NCBI GenBank assembly: GCA_947085095.1
Contig: CAMTVD010000016.1
Location: 1 to 64,000, forward strand
Reading direction: 5' to 3'
Length of the DNA stretch: 64,000 nt
Origin: an uncultured Thermus sp.
GTDB taxonomy: Bacteria; Deinococcota; Deinococci; Deinococcales; Thermaceae
Numbering within the stretch: position 1 is the stretch's first letter; each line of letters opens with the position of its first letter. The notes under the pieces were generated by a model. It worked only from the letters and a program-made list of their open reading frames with translations. It ran no database searches and had not been told where the DNA came from. A program made the position numbers and the translations under genes. Below, one piece after another: positions 57,143 through 64,000 of this stretch.

Positions 57143-58290
57143 GGCGTCTCCAGGTAGGTGCGGATGGCCTGGGCCACGGCCCCGGCCACTTGATTGCGGG
57201 CCTCGGGGGTCTTGATCCGGTCCACCCCCACCTCCAGGACCACGGCGGCCCCGGGGACGTCGGTGAGGGCGTAGGGGCCCTCGGCCTTGGCCACCACGAT
57301 GCCCAGGGCGGAAAAGGCCTTTTCCAGGGCTTCCCCTAAGCGGCGGGGGTCCCCCGCGTAAACCTTGAGGAGGTTGGCCTGCTCCTTGGGGGCGGAGGCC
57401 AGGAGGGCCTCCGCGTTCTGGGCCAGGGGAGCAGAGCGGGCCTTGGGCAGGTAGAGGTTCACCGCGCTCCCCTGGGTCACGTGGAAGGAAACCAGGACGC
57501 TGGCGCTTTGGGCCAGGCGCAGGCGGGCCTCGAGGGGAAGGGTCTCGTCCCCCCTCCGGGTCAGACGGCTTCCCGGCAGGCGGGAGGCCACCCTCCTCGC
57601 CAGGTCCAGGGTCAGGTCCTTCTCCTTAAGCTCCCCGAAGGACACGCCGGGGTCAGCGCCCCCGTGCCCCGGGTCCAGGAGGACCAGGGGGGTCGGGCGG
57701 GGCAGGGAGCCCCACTCCAGGGCCACCTGGTTCCCCCCGGGGTAGTAGAGGCGGTCGGGGGGCCTCTCCAAGGGGAGGAAGAGGCCTAGGGCGTCCATCC
57801 TAAGACCTGGCTCCTCCCCTTGGGCCAGGAGGAAGAGGACCCCGCCCCCCCGGACCACGGCGTTCACCTCCCGGGAAAAGCGGAGGAGGAGGCGGTCCTG
57901 GCCCCTTTCCGTTCCCAGGAGCCGGGCCCAGGGGAGGTGGAGGAGGATCCCCTCCTGCGCCCGGTAGTCCAGGCCCAACGCTTCCGCCAGGGGGCGGAGG
58001 GGCACGTAGATCTTGCCTCCCCTTCGCCAAGCGGCGCCCGTCCTTGCCGCCTGGCCCTCTTCATCGGCGATGGGGAAGGTGCGCTGACGGCTCCCCAGGC
58101 CCAGGGCCACCTGGTTTTCCCCCTGCCAGAGGCTTAGGCCCAGGCCCTGGGCCAAAAGGCGGGCCTCCCCGTAGGCCACCCCCCGCCCCCCGGGGTAGAG
58201 GGCCTCCCCCTCGAGGGCCCCCGCTTTCAGGGGTTTGGGGGCCTGGGCCAAGGCCAGGGCTAGAAAGAGAAGCCCAACCCACCACCTCAT
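57139..58290 (-). CDS. N-acetylmuramoyl-L-alanine amidase (Amidase_3)
   Basis: Signal peptide; LDPGHGGADPG, EKDLTL, SFH, VLEVG. Confidence 0.88.
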   Translation of the reverse strand: MRWWVGLLFLALALAQAPKPLKAGALEGEALYPGGRGVAYGEARLLAQGLGLSLWQGENQVALGLGSRQRTFPIADEEGQAARTGAAWRRGGKIYVPLRPLAEALGLDYRAQEGILLHLPWARLLGTERGQDRLLLRFSREVNAVVRGGGVLFLLAQGEEPGLRMDALGLFLPLERPPDRLYYPGGNQVALEWGSLPRPTPLVLLDPGHGGADPGVSFGELKEKDLTLDLARRVASRLPGSRLTRRGDETLPLEARLRLAQSASVLVSFHVTQGSAVNLYLPKARSAPLAQNAEALLASAPKEQANLLKVYAGDPRRLGEALEKAFSALGIVVAKAEGPYALTDVPGAAVVLEVGVDRIKTPEARNQVAGAVAQAIRTYLETP

Positions 58291-58721
58291 AGTTCCTCCA
58301 AGGCCCGGCGCACCGCCTGCTTTTTGTCGTCCGCTTTCTTTTGGTAGACCTTCTTCCCCCGGGCAAGGCCCAAAAGCACCTTGGCGTAGCCCCGCTCGTT
58401 GAAGTAGATCTTGAGGGGGACCAGGGTCAGCCCCTTCTGCTCCACCTTGCCCAGGAGGCGCTTGAGCTCGTGCTTGTGGAGGAGGAGCTTCCTGGGCCTT
58501 CTCGGGTCCACGTTCATGTAGGAGCCCTTCTCGTAGGGAGCGATGTAGAGGTTCTCCAGGTACAACTCCCCGTTCTGGAAGCGGGCAAAGCTTCCCGTGA
58601 AGTCCACCCTGCCCTCCCTCAGGGACTTGACCTCGGTGCCCTTGAGGGCGATCCCGGCCTCGTAGGTTTCCAGGATCTCGTAGTCGTGGCGGGCGCGACG
58701 GTTCTCCAGCGTGGGCCGCAC
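58287..58721 (-). CDS. smpB: SsrA-binding protein
   Basis: NRRARHDY, EAGIALKGTEVKSLR, RKLLLHK. Confidence 0.97.
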   Translation of the reverse strand: MRPTLENRRARHDYEILETYEAGIALKGTEVKSLREGRVDFTGSFARFQNGELYLENLYIAPYEKGSYMNVDPRRPRKLLLHKHELKRLLGKVEQKGLTLVPLKIYFNERGYAKVLLGLARGKKVYQKKADDKKQAVRRALEEL

Positions 58722-58726
58722 GGGGG

Positions 58727-59437
58727 CTATCTTACCCGATAGGCCTCCTCCCGGCGGTGCTGCAGGAGGGGGTACTTCTCCCGGTAGGCCTCGAGGAAGC
58801 CCCAGTCGGGCTCGGCCAGGAGGAGCCCCTCCTCCTCCCGCCTCCCCAGGACGCGCCCGTCGGGGGCGATGAAGAGGGTGGGGCTCCCCGTGTCCGCGCG
58901 GCTTGCCAGGAAGAGGTAGGCCTGGTTCTCCGCTGCCCGGGCCCGGGCCAGGACCTCAAGAAGCCCGGCGTAGGCCCCGGGCCAGGCGGCCCCCACCAGA
59001 AAGGCCTGGACCCCCTTCAGGGCGTAGGCCCGGAAGAGCTCGGGGAAGTCCAGGTCGTAGCAGAGGGCGAGGCCGAAGCTCCGGCCCCGCCAGGGGAAGG
59101 CCACGGGGCCCTTCCCGGGGAGGAGGCCCCGGTCGCCCTCTTCCCCTTGGGGCAGGTAGAGGTGGACTTTGTCGTAGACGGGGCCTTCGGGAAAAACCTG
59201 GAGCCGGTTGCGGGGGCCCTCCCCCAGATGGCCGGCCACGAGGAGGATCCCGGTTTCCTGGGCAAGCGCCGAGAGGGCTTCCGGAAGGGGGGGCGAGGGC
59301 GTTTTCCCCAGGACCAGCTCGGGCAGGAGCAAAAGCCCCGCCCCCTCCTCCCGGGCGGCCCGGGCCAGGGGGCTTAGGGCCTTAAGGAGCGCCTCTAGGC
59401 TTTCCCGCTTGCCCAGATGGGCGAGGGCGAGGCGCAT
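58727..59437 (-). CDS. carbon-nitrogen hydrolase (nitrilase family)
   Basis: E-K-C triad: LPE, YDKVHL, CYDLDFPE; ARAAENQ. Confidence 0.88.
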   Translation of the reverse strand: MRLALAHLGKRESLEALLKALSPLARAAREEGAGLLLLPELVLGKTPSPPLPEALSALAQETGILLVAGHLGEGPRNRLQVFPEGPVYDKVHLYLPQGEEGDRGLLPGKGPVAFPWRGRSFGLALCYDLDFPELFRAYALKGVQAFLVGAAWPGAYAGLLEVLARARAAENQAYLFLASRADTGSPTLFIAPDGRVLGRREEEGLLLAEPDWGFLEAYREKYPLLQHRREEAYRVR

Positions 59438-60045
59438 TACCTCCGGCCCAGGAGGCGCCAGGCGCTGGGGAGGAGGAGGGCGGCGAGGACCGCCTTCGCC
59501 AGGTCCCCGGGGAGGAAGGGGAAGAAGCCCATGGCCAGCAGGCCCGAAAGCCCCACGGCCTTGCCCGCCCCCTGAAGCCAGGCCCAGAGCCAGGGCAGGC
59601 CCAGGAGGTAGAGGAGGGCGTTCCCCAGGAGCATGGCGAAAAGGGTGCCGGGGAAGCTCCGGTCCAGGCCGAGCCGCTCCACCAAAAGCCCCACCAGCCC
59701 CGCCGCCAGGGGGAAGGCCAGGAGGAATCCCCCGGTGGGCCCGAGGATTTTAGCCAGGCCAGCTGTTCCCCCGGCGAAGACGGGAAGGCCCATGGCTCCC
59801 TCCAGGAGGTAGGCCGAGAGGGCCAAAAAGCCCAGGCGGCTTCCCAGGGCGGCTCCCACCAGCAAGACCCCCAGGGTCTGCCCGGTGATGGGCACGGGGG
59901 TGAAGGGGAGGGGGATGGCCACCTGGGCTAAGAGGGCCACAAAGAGGCTTCCCGAAAGGATGAGGCTCAGGTCGCGGCCTAGGGACCTGGTGGGCCAGAG
60001 GGTCTTGGCCAGGGGCAGGTAGGGTAGGGACTGGGTCTGCTGCAT
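59437..60045 (-). CDS. bioY: biotin transporter
   Basis: PFTPVPITGQT, GLPVFAGG, GPTGGFL. Confidence 0.93.
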   Translation of the reverse strand: MQQTQSLPYLPLAKTLWPTRSLGRDLSLILSGSLFVALLAQVAIPLPFTPVPITGQTLGVLLVGAALGSRLGFLALSAYLLEGAMGLPVFAGGTAGLAKILGPTGGFLLAFPLAAGLVGLLVERLGLDRSFPGTLFAMLLGNALLYLLGLPWLWAWLQGAGKAVGLSGLLAMGFFPFLPGDLAKAVLAALLLPSAWRLLGRR

Positions 60046-60073
60046 AACGCCTCCTTTTGAACCCTCGCTGGGT

Positions 60074-60107
60074 TCGTCAACCAGGCTAAGGGGATGGCGG
60101 TTGACGA
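60074..60107. promoter_or_regulatory. BirA-type operator overlapping the bioY promoter
   Basis: Perfect inverted repeat TCGTCAACC-N16-GGTTGACGA upstream of bioY. Confidence 0.75.
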
Positions 60108-60162
60108 GTCAAGGTGCGGCCAGCGCCCCGGGACTTGGTGAAGGGACGTAGAATGGCCTTAG

Positions 60163-61188
<1,026 letters not shown>

Positions 61189-62358
61189 ATGCGCACCCTG
61201 AAGGACCTGGACCCCAAGGGGAAGCGGGTCCTGGTGCGGGTGGACTACAACGTCCCCATCCAGGGGGGCGTGGTCCAGGACGAGACCAGGATCCAAGAGA
61301 GCCTCCCCACCCTGCGCTACCTCCTTTCCGGTGGGGCCTCCTTGGTCCTCCTCTCCCACCTGGGCCGCCCCAAGGGGCCTGACCCCAAGCACTCCCTGGC
61401 CCCCGTGGCCGAGGCTTTGGCCCGGCACCTTCCCGGGGTGCGCTTCGTGCCCCATAGCCCCGGCTCCGAGGAGGCTTACGCGGCGGTGCAGGGCCTGGCC
61501 CCGGGGGAGGTGGCCCTGCTGGAAAACGTGCGCTTTGAGCCCGGGGAGGAGAAGGACGATCCCGAGCTCGCAAAGCGGTATGCCCGCCTGGGGCAGGCCT
61601 TCGTCCTGGACGCCTTCGGGAGCGCCCACCGGGCCCACGCCAGCGTGGTGGGGGTGGCCAGGCTCCTCCCCGCCTACGCCGGCTTCCTCATGGAGAAGGA
61701 GGTGAAGGCCCTTTCCCGCCTCCTCCACAACCCCGAGAAGCCCTACGCCGTGGTCATCGGCGGGGCCAAGGTTTCCGACAAGATCGGGGTGCTGGAGAGC
61801 CTCCTGCCCAAGGTGGACCGCCTCCTCATCGGTGGGGCCATGGCCTTCACCTTCCTCAAGGCCCTGGGGGGCGAGGTGGGGAAGAGCCTGGTGGAGGAGG
61901 ACCGCCTGGGCCTGGCCAAGGACCTCCTCGCCCGGGCCGAGGCCCTGGGGGTGAAGGTCTACCTCCCCGTGGACGTGGTGGCGGCGGAGCGGATAGAGCC
62001 CGGCGTGCCCACCCAAACCTTCCCGGCGGAGGCCATCCCCATCCCCTACATGGGCCTGGACATCGGGCCCAGGACCCAGGAGCTTTTCCGGGAGGCCCTG
62101 AAGGGCGTGCGCACCGCCTTCTGGAACGGACCCATGGGGGTTTTTGAGGTGCCCCCCTTTGACGAGGGGACCCTGGCCGTGGGCCGGGCCCTGGCGGAGC
62201 TAGCGGGCGCCTTCACCGTGGTGGGGGGAGGGGACTCCGTGGCCGCGGTGAACCGCCTGGGGCTCAAGGACCGCTTCGGCCACGTCTCCACCGGGGGCGG
62301 GGCCAGCCTGGAGTTTTTGGAGAAGGGCACCCTGCCCGGGATTGAGGTCCTGCAGTAA
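61189..62358 (+). CDS. pgk: phosphoglycerate kinase
   Basis: [30 protein letters not shown]. Confidence 0.98.
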   Translation: MRTLKDLDPKGKRVLVRVDYNVPIQGGVVQDETRIQESLPTLRYLLSGGASLVLLSHLGRPKGPDPKHSLAPVAEALARHLPGVRFVPHSPGSEEAYAAVQGLAPGEVALLENVRFEPGEEKDDPELAKRYARLGQAFVLDAFGSAHRAHASVVGVARLLPAYAGFLMEKEVKALSRLLHNPEKPYAVVIGGAKVSDKIGVLESLLPKVDRLLIGGAMAFTFLKALGGEVGKSLVEEDRLGLAKDLLARAEALGVKVYLPVDVVAAERIEPGVPTQTFPAEAIPIPYMGLDIGPRTQELFREALKGVRTAFWNGPMGVFEVPPFDEGTLAVGRALAELAGAFTVVGGGDSVAAVNRLGLKDRFGHVSTGGGASLEFLEKGTLPGIEVLQ

Positions 62359-62416
62359 GGAAAACCCTCCTCCTCCGCCTCTTTCCGGGGCGGGGGTTTC
62401 CCTTTATGATGCCTCC

Positions 62417-63169
62417 ATGCGCCGCGTGCTGGTGGCAGGAAACTGGAAGATGCACAAGGTGCCTTCCGAGGCCCGGGTCTGGTTCGCTGAGCTGAAGAGG
62501 TTCCTTCCCCCTTTGGAGTCGGAGGCGGCGGTCCTGCCCGCCTTTCCCATGCTTCCTGCGGCCAAGGAGGTCTTCTCCGGTACCCAGGTAGCCTACGGGG
62601 CCCAGGACGTCTCCGCCCACCGGGAAGGGGCCTACACGGGGGAGGTTTCGGCGCGGATGCTCGCCGATCTGGGGTGCCGCTACGCCATCGTGGGCCACTC
62701 GGAGAGGAGGCGGTACCACCAGGAGACGGACGCCCTGGTGGCGGAGAAGGCCAAGAGGCTTCTGGAGGCGGGCATCACCCCCATCCTCTGCGTGGGGGAG
62801 CCCCTGGAGGTGCGGGAGAGAGGGGAGGCCGTCCCTTACACCCTGGCGCAACTCCAGGGGAGTTTGAAGGGGGTGGAACCGGAAGGCCCGGAAAAGCTCG
62901 TCATCGCCTACGAGCCGGTCTGGGCCATCGGCACCGGAAAGAACGCCACCCCGGAGGATGCGGAAGAGATGCATAAGGCCATCCGCCGGGCCCTGGCCGA
63001 GCGGTACGGGGAGGCCTTCGCCGCGAGGGTGCGCATCCTCTACGGGGGGAGCGTGAACCCGGGGAACTTCGCCGCTCTCCTCTCCATGCCCAACGTGGAC
63101 GGGGGGCTGGTGGGTGGGGCGAGCCTGGAGCTTGAGAGCTTTCTCGCCCTCTTGCGCCTGGCGGGTTAG
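62417..63169 (+). CDS. tpiA: triosephosphate isomerase
   Basis: [28 protein letters not shown]. Confidence 0.98.
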   Translation: MRRVLVAGNWKMHKVPSEARVWFAELKRFLPPLESEAAVLPAFPMLPAAKEVFSGTQVAYGAQDVSAHREGAYTGEVSARMLADLGCRYAIVGHSERRRYHQETDALVAEKAKRLLEAGITPILCVGEPLEVRERGEAVPYTLAQLQGSLKGVEPEGPEKLVIAYEPVWAIGTGKNATPEDAEEMHKAIRRALAERYGEAFAARVRILYGGSVNPGNFAALLSMPNVDGGLVGGASLELESFLALLRLAG

Positions 63170-63187
63170 GGGGCTACCCTCATATTT

Positions 63188-64000
63188 ATGCGCCTCCATC
63201 CCCGCACGCAGGCGGCCAAGGAGAGCATTTTCCCCAAGATGAGCCAGCTGGCCCAGAAGCTTGGGGCGGTCAATCTGGGCCAGGGCTTTCCCTCCGATCC
63301 CCCGCCCCCTTTTCTTCTGGAGGCCGTCCGCCGGGCGGTGGGCCGGTACGACCAGTACGCTCCTCCCGCAGGCCTTCCCCTGCTAAGGGAGGCCTTGGCG
63401 GAGGAGTTCGGGGTGGAACCGGAAAACGTGGTGGTCACCTCGGGGGCCACAGAGGCCCTTTACGTTCTCCTCCAGAGCCTAGTGGGGCCGGGGGAGGAGG
63501 TGGTGGTTCTGGAGCCCTTTTTTGATGTCTACCTGCCGGACGCCTTCCTGGCGGGGGCCGAGGCCAGGCTCGTGCGCCTAGACCTCACCAAGGAGGGGTT
63601 CCGCCTGGACCTCGAGGCCTTGGAGAGGGCCGTCACCCCCAGGACCCGCTTTCTCCTCCTGAATACCCCCATGAACCCCACGGGGCTCGTCTTTGGGGAA
63701 GCGGAGCTTAGGGCCATGGCCGAACTTGCCCGGAGGCACGACCTCTTTCTCATCTCCGATGAGGTCTACGATGAGCTCTATTACGGGGAAAGGCCAAAGC
63801 GCCTCATGGCCTTCGCCCCGGAACGCACCTTCACCGTGGGGAGCGCGGGGAAGCGCCTCGAGGCCACCGGCTACCGGGTGGGCTGGATCGTGGGTCCCAA
63901 AGCCTTCATGCCCACCCTGGCGGGAATGCGCCAGTGGACGAGCTTTTCCGCTCCCACACCCCTCCAGGCGGGAGTGGCGGAGGCCTTAAGGGTGGCGAGG
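63188..64000 (+). CDS. class I/II PLP aminotransferase (glutamine/kynurenine type), truncated by window end
   Basis: MRLHPRT...NLGQGFP, NTPMNPTG, SDEVY, SAGK...TGYRVGW read directly from the sequence. Confidence 0.9.
   Translation, partial: MRLHPRTQAAKESIFPKMSQLAQKLGAVNLGQGFPSDPPPPFLLEAVRRAVGRYDQYAPPAGLPLLREALAEEFGVEPENVVVTSGATEALYVLLQSLVGPGEEVVVLEPFFDVYLPDAFLAGAEARLVRLDLTKEGFRLDLEALERAVTPRTRFLLLNTPMNPTGLVFGEAELRAMAELARRHDLFLISDEVYDELYYGERPKRLMAFAPERTFTVGSAGKRLEATGYRVGWIVGPKAFMPTLAGMRQWTSFSAPTPLQAGVAEALRVAR

Overview
A GC-rich chromosomal segment from a Thermus species, densely packed with housekeeping genes: rnpB (5' part), rpmE, tdk, miaA, gatA, csaB, udk, malK, mscL, panD, trmI, carB, tRNA-His/tRNA-Leu, tig-clpP-clpX, pncB, metH, pabB/A-pabC, greA, recO, ppc, queA, mgtE, ffh-rpsP-khpA-rimM-trmD-rplS, sdaA, smc, smpB, bioY and gap-pgk-tpi. 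There are two accessory blocks. The first is an ECF sigma/zinc anti-sigma pair facing a secreted CHRD/SOD-like protein and a cupredoxin lipoprotein, which sit behind a SigE-like promoter (13.4-15.4 kb). The second is a stand-alone CRISPR array (15 repeats, type III-like) preceded by an AT-rich leader and an apparent decayed 3' end of cas1 (36.8-38.4 kb). The most interesting non-annotated signal is the mgtE 5' leader: an 11-codon proline-rich ORF whose stop overlaps one of two mutually exclusive hairpins, one of which hides the mgtE Shine-Dalgarno. This is a candidate Mg2+-sensing translational attenuator. Also seen: a yybP-ykoY (Mn2+) riboswitch ahead of a YugP-like metallopeptidase, a BirA-type operator at bioY, candidate L19/L31 leaders, and several overlapping bidirectional -10 boxes driving divergent leaderless genes. 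All family assignments come from motif recognition by eye, not from database searches.
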